This document shows positions 13,761 through 26,881 of a DNA stretch of 64,000 nucleotides, in pieces. The stretch lies in assembly GCF_006345805.1 (NCBI RefSeq), contig NC_043009.1, positions 72,232,472-72,296,471 of the forward strand. The letters run 5' to 3'. The DNA comes from Octopus sinensis. Taxonomy: Eukaryota. The number at the start of each line of letters is the position of its first letter. The stretch's first letter is position 1. The notes under the pieces were generated by a model. The model searched no databases. It worked only from the letters and a program-made list of their open reading frames with translations, and was not told the DNA's origin. Both the position numbers and the translations under genes were made by a program.

Positions 13761-13905
13761 ACAAGTTATAATGATTTTCACACAGAGAGAAAACGCCTAC
13801 TACCGTATAAGTTACAATACTAAAGTTGATTTTAAGGCTAACTGTGTTAATTATCCTCCATTGGACCTACAAGTTAAAGCTCTGCACTCGCCACGCCCCA
13901 TATAA
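13761..13905 (+). CDS. CAPN15: SOL/calpain-15-like protein, last coding exon
   Basis: Acceptor tatttctttttcAG; phase 2 is compatible with the previous exon (CG+A = Arg). Translates QVIMIFTQRENAYYRISYNTKVDFKANCVNYPPLDLQVKALHSPRPI*, matching the SOL C-terminus QV.V.L.Q...PPL...V.GLH.PRPL*. Confidence 0.8.
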
Positions 13906-14739
13906 AAATAAAAAAATAATGGCGGCAACAAGACTTCAGCTGTTGGTAAGTTACCTGAAAGTTAAAATATATTCAGATATTCACCAGTTCAACCTAATAA
14001 AATCATATTTAAAATACCATTTTATTGAAAACATCAAAATTTAAATATAAAATTTAATAATCTTGATAGATGCTAACAATAAAGAAGAGGATGCATCTTG
14101 CATTTGTGAGGTACCAGATTTGATTCTACTGTTTGGCATCTTGGGAAAATGTATTTTACAAAATCCTGGGACCAAACCAAGCATTGTGTGAAAATTTGGG
14201 TTGTTTAGAGTTAATTCATCCCTGATTAAGCAGACATATCATCAAGGTATTCTGGCAATGACTGTCTCCTATTTTGTATCTATGACTACCTCATCCATTG
14301 TCCTTCCCTCTCTTTTGAAGATAGAGCATCTATTGTCAATGAATTGAAGAATGACACAGTAACTTCCTTGTTGACATCAAAGTGCATCAGATGAACTATT
14401 TGTTGTTCGATGGACCAGCTTTGTCTGAATGATGATTATCTTACAGGTTTAGTTAAGTAATCACATAGAAGTAAGGTGTTTAGGATGTTATGGTTTGGTA
14501 AACTATATAGTAGGGTTATTTCTGTCTGACTTCATGAAGACAAAAATTTGGCAACAAAATAAACTGTATATCAGAGAATGATCAAAATAATCATCTTGTT
14601 TTAACTATTTGTCTAGTTAAATATGCCTTCAAATCACACCCTACCGTATTAAAGGAAGAGTCATTGTTCAATGTAGTTGTATGTATAAATCAACATTTTA
14701 CATCTACTTTTCATGTTTGCTTATATTAAAAAGGTTTTC

Positions 14740-15300
14740 TGCAACCCAGTAGCCCACTATTTATTGTTCCTTTGTGAGGTTCAGCACCCTGAGGTTAGCT
14801 TTCTTCACTTCTATTTTGTCTTCTTGAAGTTTCCTTTTCCAGCCACTTGGATCTCCTGATGCCTCTTTATATGACTACTAGTATCCATACATATTACATA
14901 GCTACGTCACTTCAGTATCTTGCAGACCACACCTGATTTCTTTTGTGTCCAGTATTTCTTTTAAGCTCATATATACCTTGTAGTTCATTCATACTAATAT
15001 TCTACATATAACAGAGCATGCTTATTTCATTTTTGTCTAGTTTTTACAAATCCTCTGCATTTGTTAACTCATATCTCACTACCATGTAATTTCACACTTT
15101 GTATATAAGCATTGTTTAATCTACATTTACTCAGAGAGAATGAATGCCCTTGATGTCAGCAAACGCAATAGCACCTTGAACTTATTCCACCCTATTCTTA
15201 TTCTGGCTATTATCCTTTTGAAGCACTTCTCTTCATCACTGATTAGGTTGCCTTGGTAATGGAAGCTATAACCAATTTTTGTGGGGCCTTCTAAGCATTA
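14740..15300 (-). mobile_element. Highly degraded RTE remnant
   Basis: Reverse strand gives SFHYQGNLIS...IIARIRIGWNKFKVLL, homologous to the SFRYLGDQVS...ARVRIAWAKFRE of the better-preserved copies. Confidence 0.6.
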
Positions 15301-18300
15301 AAGATCTGGTCTGTAGTAAACTGAACTAATCTGTGTTGAGTAGTACATTTGTCACTGGAAGAAATTACAATAGGTTGTGAATATTGTTTCTGAAAAAAGG
15401 AAGTCTGGTTGAACACCTCTGATCATATGTTTACTTGATCAGGCTTGGGCTCTCTTTTTATTATTATTATTATCATCATCATCATCATCATCATCTATTA
15501 GTCAATGAGGAAGGGTAGTTCTTTGACCTTTTATAGGATCTTCAAGAGAGGATACCTTACTTGCTACTACCAGTCTGGAGATTGAACCTGAATTCTTGCT
15601 ACAGATTGGATTCTGTTAAAGGTACCCAAGGACTTGGTGGTGATGTTAAACTGAGTGAAGGATTAAGTCTACAACAGCAGCAACATAACAGTATGTTTGT
15701 GACATAATAGATAGAGCATTACCACCATTAGCTTAGAAATAGATTCTTTGTTCAAATCTAATCTGGTAATTAGACATACATGTAGGAACAAGGTGTCCAA
15801 TGACAACTAGAAACATTATTAATAGAAATGTAGCATAGATGTAAATATTATTTTTTAAAAAGTTTCATTGTAAAAATGATGTTAATTAGTCCAAAAAATG
15901 ATTATATTAACAAAAACTTAAATATTTAATCAATGTAAAATTTTATTCTATTTGGGAAATATATAAATTAACCTCATTGAAACAACAGCAACATTAAAGT
16001 TTTTGCATGTTTTCTAAATCACCTAAATTTTTCAAATTTTGTTTTTCTTTCAGTGTCTTGCAAACATAAAAACATCTCTTGTAGATTAAAATGTCATTGG
16101 AAGAAATGGTACATAACAATTTTCAGGAAAGCAAGAAAATTTTGATTAAAATTCCACTTTTAACTATCAATTTTAATATCAACTTTTTTTCTATAATTGT
16201 TGGACATTTCACAGCATCTGACAATCTGCAAATTAGGAATTTAATTCAGAGCAGTGCTTAAGCTGGAACTTTTCCACCAGGTTGCTGTGGTTATATTTCA
16301 TTGTATGCATTGTTAATATATCCACCTTGAAAACAAAACTGTAATTTACAAAGGAGTGTTTTAATATGCAGCCTATATGATGAAACATTTCCTATTGAGT
16401 GCAGTAAGATGTTCCTCATATGAAATATATTCAATAATCTGAAAAAAGAAAGACACAATGGTTTTCTCTTGTGCTACATACAAAAGGATATGCATGTGAA
16501 TGAATGATTGTTATATTGGGATATGGGTATGTGATTTTAGAGAAATATTCTGACCTATGTGTTTTTTTTTGTTGTTGAAGAATTAACTTTTAACTTGAAG
16601 ACACTTTTGTCAATTTTTTTGAGGAAAAGGTCAGGATCAGTGATAATAGAAAAATATTTTTTTATCTTTTTTTTATGAATGTCTTTTACATTGATCCTAC
16701 TGTAGTAGCTAAATTAGTTTTGAAATACTGGCAGGATATTTAAAAATATAACCATAAGAAAACAAAGAGGTTTAATTCAATATTGGGTCCTAAATATTTC
16801 TTCAGAACTATGAAGGATTCTGTATTTGAGCCCCTCACCCCCTACCCCAAGAAAAAATTTATTTTCATTAATAGATAATAATATTCTCAAACAGTTCAGG
16901 GATTTTTTGTGAAAGATGTGCAAGATATTAGGCTAAATTATTAAAGTGAAGTCTTGAATAGATGTTTGGATCAACTTTTAAGTAATTATTGTGATGAGAC
17001 TAATAATGCCTGGTTACAGTGTAAATAAAGCCTATTGCAAGTATATTTATTAAGGTCTGTGATAATAATAAACTAGTTTGTAAATGTTACCAAAATTCTT
17101 AACTGATATGTTAGTTGTGATATTAAGATATTAACCCAGTGAATAAAAGCAATATTTATGTTAATGTTTTCTTATTAAAAATGTACTTAAATGTTATAAG
17201 ATCCTAATAGATCTATATTTGTTGCCTAAAATTATGATGAGACAAATTGTCATTGGGAGACTTCCAATGCTGGTGTTTGCATATATTTTCACTAGCATGT
17301 AATTTAATATACATGCAACTCTCTACAGGGAGAATGAATTCAGATAGAAAATAAATAAAACATTCTTCTCTTTGTTAAAATTGCCTTTCTTCCTAATATT
17401 TAATTGAAAATAATTTATTGGAAACATAAAAATTGGTTCCCCAAAAATGACCAAAGCTGAAAGCATATATATGATTGAAAGTATCTGGAATCTAAGTAAT
17501 TAAAAACTTTATAAGAGTATTTAATTCATTGCCTTTTAAATCATTCCCTTTCCTTGTCACTGAAGAAAATTAGTTTATCTATTTACCACTGCCAAAGTTA
17601 CTATAAAAACAAAAATTTACATTTTTTTAAAGACAAATCTTTGTTTTTGTTAACATTTTTTTCTCTCTTTTGATATAATCTTTTGATTGTTAATTTCAAT
17701 TAAGAAATTTCTTTTTACTGTGTTTTTAAAATCATAGCATAATTTATATTCTTTCATGAAAGAATTTTTTTTAATTCACAAGTGTTATTGTTATTAATGT
17801 TCATAATTATGAATCTCTAAACTCTAAAATTCAACAGTAACATTTAAAAATGTTTTTTAATATATTTTCTTTTTTTGTTATGCAATAAAACTTGCACCTC
17901 ATCCCAGTTTTAACTGAGACAAAAAATAGACTCTTTGTCTCTTTTATGAAATTATATTTTCTTTGTAGTTTAAGCAATTATCTCAAATGAATTCTTTTGA
18001 GCTAGAGATTTCAATGTTTATAATTATCAAGCTGTGAATTTTCAAAATTAACTTAGAGAAAAAGATCATTATAATTACTTTTATCCCTTAAATTTCAGTT
18101 TCAAATAAATGAATCCAAAGTTTATATTTTATATTAAGAAACAAATTCACAGAAAAGGTCATGAGAAATAAATCTAAATAGCTCCTTAAATTTTTTCCTT
18201 TTTTTATCTCTTTTTCCCTTAATCTCAGCTAAAGCAGACAAACATTACTGCTCATATGAAACATATATCTATTAAATATCTAGAAGTATCTAAGACACAT

Positions 18301-18628
18301 AACATTGTGTCTGGAAACGTCTCTATTTGAGGTAATTTGTCATATTAATAAAGAGATGAAAAAAATCTGTTCTCTACATCATCAAATTAATTGCTCAAAT
18401 ATCTTATTAACAAACTTCTAAATAAGATTAAAGTTTAAAATTTGGAGCCTGAAAATGTAATGCTACGACAGTAAACCTGCACTGAGGTTATAAACACTAA
18501 GCTAACAAGTGAGCCATTACAATGTTACTCATTATACTAGAAGTAGTGACCAACACCCATTGTCTCAAAAGGAGATGTTGAACAATGCTATCTCTGATAC
18601 AAAAGTTAGGACGGTGTCTGTCAAAACT

Positions 18629-20795
18629 ACATCATCATCATTTAGCATCCATTGTCCATACTGATATGGGTTGGATGGTTTGACCAGAGCTGGCAAGGAA
18701 GGCTGCACCAGGTTCCAGTCTGATTTGGCATGGTTTCTATGGCTTGATTCCCTTCCTAACCCCAACCACTCCGAGAGTCTAATGGGTGCTTTCACATGTC
18801 ACTGGCATGGGTGCCATTTTCATGTAACTGGTACCTGCCATGACTGAAATTTTACTTGGCTTGATGAGTCTTCTCCTCAAGTGCAACGTAAGGTCTCTGT
18901 CATTGCATCCATGAGGCACAACACTTGAAAGGAGCTTTTCATGTGTCACCAGCATCAGCCACTTTGCTGCCATGAGGCCAAATGCTTGAAAGGGCTTTTC
19001 ATGTGCCATCAGCACAAGTGCCAGTTATGTGACACCTGCATTAGCCACAACTACGATTTCACTTGGCTTGATGTGTCTTCTCAAGCACAGCATATCGCCA
19101 AAGGTCTTGGTCACTAGTCATTGCTTCTGTGAGGCCCAAAGTTTGAAGATCATACTTCACCACTTTGTTCCATGTCCTTCTGGGTTTACGTCTACCACAG
19201 GTTTCCTCCACAGTTAGAGATTGGCACTTCTTTTCACAGCTGTCTTCAAGTTCCATACGCATTCCATGACCATACCAATGCAGTTGTCTCTCTTGCACAC
19301 CACATCTGATGGCTCTTATGCCTAACTTTTCTCTCAAAAGGCTTTCAATCTGTGGAGCATGAACTCTGACATTTCACCTCCAGCAAAGCATACTGGCTTC
19401 ATTTCTTTCAAGCCTACGCATGTCCTCAGGTAGTCACATGTTTCACTGCCATGTAACGTAGCTGTATGCACACAAGCATCATACAATCTACCTTTCATTC
19501 AGGAGAGTCCCTTTATTGCCAGCAGAGGTAGGAGCTCTCTGACCTTTACCCAGCCTAATCTTATTCTCACAGGTACGCTTTCGGAGCATCCACCTCCTCT
19601 ACTAACTTGATCACCTAGATAACAGAAGCTATCTACTACCTCTAGCTTACCCCACTGGCAGTTGATGGAGTCTATTTTCTGTACATTTTTGCTGTTTATT
19701 GTACCTGTGCATCTTCCACTCACAAAAGCAATTTCCCCTGTTAACATTCCTCTGATATTGCTGCACTGCTTACACTGGGTACTTCTTATGGAGTTTCTAC
19801 CTATGCCTTTCCTACAGATTGAGTAGGGCCATCTACCTGAAGGGATCTGTGGTTTGTCTGCCTTACTACTTACTAAGACTTTGGCTTTTGCTAGGTTAAT
19901 ACTAAGGCCCTTTGATTCTAGATCTTGCTTCCATACCTGAAACTTCTCAGCTATAAGAAAATGGTCATCAGCATAGAGATGCTTCCAAGGGCAATCTATC
20001 TTAAATGTCTTTATTGCCTGGAGGACTATGAGAAACAACAGGGGCTGAGAACTGATCCTTGGTGAGCCCCTACTTGTACCCTGAATTTTTCACTGAACCT
20101 CACCTTATTGATAACATCCCTGTACATAGCTTGTACAGCTCTTACCAACCTCTCATCTATCCCTATTTCCACATTAACCACCAGCTAAGGGATCGGGGGA
20201 CCCTGTCAAAGGCTTTCTCCAAGTCAACAAATGCCAAGTATAGCATTTTATCTGCAGCTGCCTCACCAGAAATATAGCATCAGTGGTGCTTCGCCTTGGC
20301 ACAAAACCAAACTGCATCTCATCGAGCCTAACTTCCTCTCCCTAATTAGTTGAGCTGTGACCCTCTCCATAACTTTCATCGCCTGATCCAACAATTTGAT
20401 ACCTCTGTAATTATTGTTATATAAGGCCTTACCTTTACCTTTGTAGCAGATGACTATGGTGCTGCTACACTAGTCATTGGTATGACATCTTCATGAACCA
20501 CCTGATTTACAATACAGGTGACTAAACCACAACGAACACCACCAGATATTTTAAGCATCTCAGTGGTGATTCCTGATGGGCTGGGGGCTTTCCCTGTCTT
20601 TATATTCTTCGTGACTTTATCTACCAAGGTATTGTTGATTCAGCTAGCTGGTCCCTCAATTGGGTCAACATTTGGCAGACTCTCCTCCTCCCATTCATTC
20701 TCTACATTCAGCAGTCTTTCATGGTAGCATTTCCAAGCCCCTTTCTTTGCAGAATCATTAAATGCAGGTGTGCCGTCATCCATGTGGACAAAATG
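18629..20795 (-). mobile_element. RTE-clade LINE, 5'-truncated and degraded
   Basis: (CAT)n on + at 18630 is the (GAT)n tail. ORF fragments LYADD, DSFCYLGDQVS, HERLLNVENEWEEESLP. Confidence 0.9.
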
Positions 20796-23708
20796 GTTTC
20801 TTATTTGGGTATATGACCAACACTTTCGAGGAGAGGGGTTAATTGATGTCACTGATTTAGGTCTGATGAAAAGCAAAGTTGATTTCAGCAGGACTTACAG
20901 ATATGCACAGCATACTGAAAGTAGCCCAAAATAGGCATTAGACACATCAGTACTGCCACTATAATTATACAAACCAAAACAAAATACTGTACATACTCAA
21001 TCAAAATCACAAATTTTATTTAACCTGGACAGATTTGATCTTGGAATGTAAAAAGTTTACAACTAAAATCTACAAGGTCAACACTTTTCTGTTTCTAAAA
21101 TCTACTGTTGTCTTGGATACTGCACTAAGTTTAATTCTCAGCTGCCAGAAGTTGTAGTTCTTTAGGTGCAACTTCTTACTACCAGATATAACTAAAACTA
21201 GATATTCATATCTAAAATAGGTGTCTTTATATTCATCTTTAACTATCTGTTCATATTACTCCCAGTTTATTTTCAAAATCTTTGTATCCATTGACAATGT
21301 TTTATTTTTATTTGTCATTAGTTGACGGCCTAGTTGTTGATTCTTAGGTGGACTTGGCCCACTTCATGTGCTCAAGCACTAATCACTTATTATTTATAGT
21401 ATCATTTAATCTTACATCCTCCATTAACTTCGGTCATTACATTGTGGCTATATCAGGGTACTACCTTTGATTGCTTAGTTAGTTATATCAGTCCCAGCAC
21501 TTCAGTCTGGTACTCAGTTTATTTAAGTACCAGTTACAGAACAAAATGAAAATCTTATTGTAAGTATGAATAAGGTCTAATACGTGTGCATATACTTTTA
21601 CTCAGTTCAACCATGGTTGAACAGATTTCTGTACAATACATTTCTTCAGGTATGTCTCAGTTGGTCATCTTGTTCACAAAGTCCAGTTTCCTAATCTCAA
21701 GTCATGTTTTGCTGCATTACTATATGTTATAATTTGCAGAACTATTTTTAGTTGTTATATTCTTTGTGCTACTCATTATTTTTGCTTCCTGCATATGTTT
21801 GCCAACATCCATGTTAATGTAGTTAAATTTCTGTTTTCTTGTTCTCAGAATGGTAGTATACATTGAATAATTTTGTACTGGATATATTGTTTGAGGAAAA
21901 ACTTTGTATAATTGTAATGAGTAGATCTTTTATCACAGGTCTGCTGAATAAGATGATGTAGCTACTAAATAACGCTCTGAAAACATAAGTTCCAGAGATT
22001 TCTGTACTTAACACATGTAACTCCTAAGCTGAATCCTTGCAAACCTGGATGAGCAGACATAAATTGGTGGCAAATTTAGTTTAATTTGAAACTACTCCTT
22101 CCCACAACCTAAATTTTTAACCAATACTCTCCTGTAATAGTTCATCATTTTTATTCCACTTATTCAACAAATTATAATTGAATACAAACCAAAGAGGGAG
22201 CCTGTCATCACTTCATGTGTCAGAAATAGCAGCCAAATCTCCTTTAAATCATGCATTTCTTGAAGCAAGTATCTGCTGTTTTAGAAAATCTGAAAAGAAA
22301 TGAGAAAGTTTTGAGATTTTCATGGTTCTAATATCTTTTAATCAGAAGTCTGCTTAAGACTGAATGATGAGGGGATAGACAACAAAAGTAATTAGAATAT
22401 TTATGTTTAGAAGAATCTTAAATTTTTTCTTGTAATTAAGAAAGTGTCTGTAACTAAGTACTAAGGGCATTTTGTTTGATTTTCTATTGACTCTGCCAAT
22501 CCACATGAAATAAGTAGTTATTAGAGAAATGTATCAATGTTTATTAGAACTTTTCAAGTATGTAGATCTAAATTCAGTCATGGTAGATTAAATTTAATCT
22601 GTCTTGCATGTATTGGGGTCAACACCACTGCAATATAAAAAAATCTCAGTAAACCAAGTCTGTGAACTTACTTTTAAAATTAACTGGAACTATTCATTGT
22701 ATAAAAATATATTTACATCACTTTATATCACAAAATATATTTACATTCCTTTTGTATCTAACAAAAACAAACAATTGAGTTGTATGTAAATGGTAATGAA
22801 AAGAATTCTTTTTAAGTGTGTCATCTTCATTAAAACTGTAGTTGTGTTATTGCTGTAAAATCAGTTATAAATTTCAATAAAGCTCAAACATTGATGTTTT
22901 TATATAATTTTTGTTTTTGTGTTGTCTGGAAAATGGGTTGTGATCACCCTTGTTACTATTCCTCTAAAAGAAGTTCAAATTTATGGCTAGTAGAGAAACA
23001 TACACAAAGAGAAAATTCCTGAGGGTCAACATTGTGGTGGACACTATGGAAGACTGCATTCACCCACCTCCTACAATTTGATTTTTGTCCCCAAGGGAGT
23101 GATTCACCCCTGGTTGAGAACCACTGAAGAAAAAGATGAGGGAATTGACTGCAAAGAACAATGGTTGGCAGAATAAGGTGGGTTTCCCTTTATAGAAAGG
23201 GATCATACTAGTGTATTTCCAAGGATAGGGATATTATCACTATAGAGGAAAAGCAGATTGAAGACTTTGTCTTGAATAGAGGCTAGCTCAAGGGCTCATT
23301 GTTGGATGGAAAATGTTAGGCCAGTAACCAGATCTGCTTTTGAAATATATGGTATACATGGTTACATGAGTGATAGAATGGAAAGGGTATTTTGACATAT
23401 TTAGTGTGGAGGGATATTTCATTTTTTGTCCTCTAGTAGACGCATTACTTAGAGAACCATTCCAGCCTGGACATAGAATGAAGGCAGAGATTTACCTGCA
23501 GATTGTATGATCTCTGAAAGCATCTTTCATATTTTTAATAATAGAATTATAGTTCTGGATAAAAGCTGTCTAGATTGTAGAAGTAGGTGACTTTCTCCTA
23601 GTCTTCTTTACTTGGAGTGTAAGTATATGTGAACCACTTGAAATTTGGTTTTATGTTATTCTTGTTAACAGAAAAAAGGGCTGTGAAAGAGAGAAATTTT
23701 TTTGTTAA

Positions 23709-23925
23709 CCCTTTTGTTATATTTCTGTTGAGATACTGTGTTTTTTTCAATTAATTTTAAATATAACAAAGAATTTAGTAAGAATAACTTAGTTATCATT
23801 AAGCTAGTTTTAGGAACATAAATTGTGACTAAGGTTGGTGGAAGATTTTAATTCACAACTTTTGAGAACCAGACATTTGTCCTACAGAACCAGAAGCTGT
23901 TTCAGGTGGGATGGTATCAAAAGTG
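23709..23925. mobile_element. piggyBac-type MITE
   Basis: TTAA|CCCTTTTGTTAT ... GGTATCAAAAGTG|TTAA. The left end resembles that of the element at 26882. Confidence 0.65.
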
Positions 23926-24117
23926 TTAAAGAAAACAGTCTTTTAACATAAAATTGCCTGCTGACTGAGAAAAGACCTAACACAGGATAAAACTTCTTAC
24001 AAAAGGTATGAGACACTAACAGAGCAAATGTCTTTTAACAGTAAAAGTTCTAGTAATAGAGATATTTAGATAGCTCGCTCTCTCTCTCTATTTGTATGTA
24101 TATGTGTGCATATGTCT

Positions 24118-24445
24118 GTGAAAGTGCATGGCTTAGTGGTTAGAGCATCAAGCTCACAACCATGAGGTTGTGAGTTTGTTTCTTGAATGGGCTGTGTGTT
24201 GTGTTCTTGAGTAAGACACTTATTTCACATTGCTCCAGTTCGTTCAGCTGTATTAATGAGTTGTGACATCACTAGTACCAAGCTGTATCGGCCTATGCCT
24301 TTCCCTTGGACTACAACAGTGGTATAGCGAGGGTGGCTGGTATGCATGGGCAACTGCTGGTCTTCCATAAACAACCTTACTTCGGAGGGGAAATTACTAG
24401 GGGCAATCCCATAGTCATTTGTAACCGAAGGAATTCTTTATCCTT
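24118..24445 (+). mobile_element. tRNA-derived SINE
   Basis: A box TGGCTTAGTGG, tRNA-like head, and body gtgttcttgagtaagacact. Confidence 0.7.
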
Positions 24446-24468
24446 TATGTGCGTGTATATGTATAAAA

Positions 24469-24570
24469 GTGGAGGCACATGGCTGAGTGGTTAGAGCAGT
24501 GGACTTGCGGGTTTGAATCTCAGACTGGGCATTGTATATGTGTTTATGAGCGAAACACCTAAGCTTCACA
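24469..24570 (+). mobile_element. tRNA-derived SINE head (family also at 44850-45147(-) and 53870-54161(-))
   Basis: gtggaggcacatggctgagtggttagagcagtggacttgcg...gagcgaaacacctaagct matches the reverse complement of the other two copies. Confidence 0.7.
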
Positions 24571-24599
24571 CACCAGCTAATAAATACGTACTTCAAATC

Positions 24600-24951
24600 T
24601 GACTAGAATTATAAAATTATAGAATTATTTTGATTGTTAATTGTTTAAATCACTTTCCATTGCTTTCGGTTTTTTACACGCGTAACAATTAAGAAAAAAA
24701 ATATTAGGGTTAGGGTTAGTTACAGGATGTTGTCTCAGTTTTAGACGCAGCAAATGATTTTAGCTCAAAAGAGAGCATAGGATTGGTTAAAATTTGAAAA
24801 ATTAAACTGTTAAACAAATTACAATTTTCTCAAGAAAGCCAAGAGAAAAAATTGTTTTATTTTGACACATTCTACCAGTATACGAAGTTTTAAAGTGTTT
24901 AGTTAACTAGAAATTGTCTGCCGTTCAAAAGGAAAAGATCCTTAAAAGATA
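24600..24951 (-). repeat. Non-autonomous DNA-transposon-like repeat (terminus GGATCTTTTCCTTTTGAACGGCA)
   Basis: The same terminus and about 200 bp of body occur at 28255-28517 and 46856-47070 in the opposite orientation. Confidence 0.7.
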
Positions 24952-25277
24952 TCCATTTTCTTCAAAGTTTTGACGCAAAACACCGGATTGTGTGAATTTT
25001 CCGAAAGTCCTCCCCCAGTTCGTTGGCGCAAATTTTTGTTTTATATCCATTCTTTTATACCTATCACACATTTTTGGTTTGTTTTGGCGGCCAGGTGTTA
25101 AAGTAGTAATTAACGGAATGGAAAGGAGTTTCAGACAATTCACATAATCCGTCTTTCTCCGCCCCCCCCCCTCATAACTTTTATGAAAATGGATATCTTT
25201 TAATGAAATTTTGTACAATTATCTTGATTTAAAAGAAATTGTATGCAAAAAAATGTTTTGAAAATTTGTTCACCTTA

Positions 25278-25448
25278 GGCATAGGAGTAGCTGTATGGTA
25301 AGCAGCTTGCTTACAAACAACAAGGTTCCGGGTTCAGTCCCACTGCATGGCACTTTGGGCAAGTGTCTTCTACTATAGCTTCGAGGCGACCAAAGCATTG
25401 TGAATGGATTTGGTAGACGGAAACTGAAAGAAGCCCGTCGTATATATG

Positions 25449-25495
<47 letters not shown>

Positions 25496-25695
25496 ATGTT
25501 TGTGTTTTTGTCCTGCCAACATCACTTGACAACCGATGCTGGTGTGTTTACGTTCCCGTAACTTAGCGGTTCAGCAAAAGAGACCGATAGAATAAGTACT
25601 AGGCTTACAAAGAATAAGTCCTGGGGTCGATTTGCTCGACTAAAGGCGGTGCTTCAGCATGGCCACAGTCAAATGACTGAAACAAGTAAAAGAGT
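25278..25695 (+). mobile_element. tRNA-derived CORE-like SINE with internal (TA)n(TG)n, resembling octopus OR-type SINEs
   Basis: tRNA-like head, CORE-like ttgggcaagtgtctt, internal microsatellite, tail gactgaaacaagtaaaagag. Near-identical copies at 42960-43327(-) and 51351-51778(+); partial copies at 53614-53790, 56460-56597, 28050-28230 and 12980-13210. Confidence 0.85.
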
Positions 25696-25924
25696 TACCA
25701 CTTTGGACTGATTTTGGGAGTAATGTCTGACTTTCGCTGTTGATCAAGGAAAACGTGCTTGCTGCAGTGATCCAAGAATTTTGCCTCTAACATCGCAATA
25801 CGAGAAGGCAGGAGCAAGGGCAGAGAAAAGTATGCTATTAAAATGAATTATTGTTTACATAATTGACAACCCGAAGATTTAACTGCCTTGATTCGACGGG
25901 AAGAGTTGAGTGTCGCTCCATGAT

Positions 25925-26000
25925 GGGTGAGAGTTCAATCTCTGGTTCAATCACACTGAATACAAATATTGTATGATTGAGCCGGAGATTGAACTCACCC
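25925..26000 (+). other. 76-nt imperfect hairpin, pre-miRNA-like geometry
   Basis: About 33 pairings by hand, including two G:U wobbles, plus one mismatch, two 2-nt bulges and a CAAA loop. Confidence 0.5.
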
Positions 26001-26047
26001 CCTTGTGTACCCCCAAACGCTTACACCCACCCATCCATTAACCCGAA

Positions 26048-26876
26048 TGAAAATGAAGAATCTTAAAACTATATTTTCCCACTTAATTTAATTCCGTTTA
26101 CGTCAGACTATTTTTTTTTTAAACTTGTCTTTGCCGAGCCAAATTATGACAGATTGCACGACAAACGTTAAATCTCTCTTGTCCTCCTCTTCTGGCATCA
26201 CTTAATTAGCTACCATGTTTCCTAATTGTGCTGAATGCAATTTAAGGTCTTGCTCTACCTTTCTCCAATTTCACAAAGATGTTTTATTGACAAACTCGTT
26301 GTTTTATTGTTTTTAGCATTACATTCTCACCGGAACTCTCACCACTTGTTGCCTTTGTTTAATTTTGTTAATCATTTGTCCTGTCTATAGTTTCCGTCCA
26401 TGGACCCGTATGTCAATGGTAAGTGAAAATTAAGATTCTTAATCTCAACTTTTCCTACTGATTTTTTTCTGTTTACGTCTGACTATTTGTTAAAACTTGT
26501 CCTTCCTGTCGTGCCAAGTTATATCAGTTTGTTCTAGAAATGCACGACAAACGTTAAATCTCTTTCGTCCACCTCAAAATCATTAAAATCTTTCATTAGC
26601 GTATTCTTTTGGTATCACTTAATTAGCCACCATATAATATAATGTAAATGTTTCGTAACTGCTCTACCTTTCTCCAATTTCACAGCAATGAATCAGACAC
26701 AAAGATGTTTTATTGACAGACACTAATACCACCATAAACGTTGTATTTAGCATTACACTCTCACCGAAATATCACCTGAACTCTCACCACTTTTGATTCT
26801 CAACTCATAAAAACACCCCGTTTGCTCTTAACCCGTTGCCTTTGTTTAATTTTGTTAATCATTGTCCTATCTGTAG
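26048..26876. repeat. Diverged tandem duplication (about 26048-26390 and 26424-26876)
   Basis: Collinear shared blocks gcacgacaaacgttaaatctct, gctctacctttctccaatttcaca, tagcattaca and gttgcctttgtttaattttgttaatcatt. Confidence 0.8.
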
Positions 26877-26881
26877 ATTAA

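Noticed and set aside
24118-24200. tRNA-like sequences at SINE heads (also 25278, 45147, 51351, 54161)
   Set aside because: They have A/B boxes but no complete cloverleaf and continue into SINE bodies, so they are not tRNA genes.
24704-24719. TTAGGG repeats
   Set aside because: Only about 2.7 units inside an interspersed repeat; not a telomere or fusion site.
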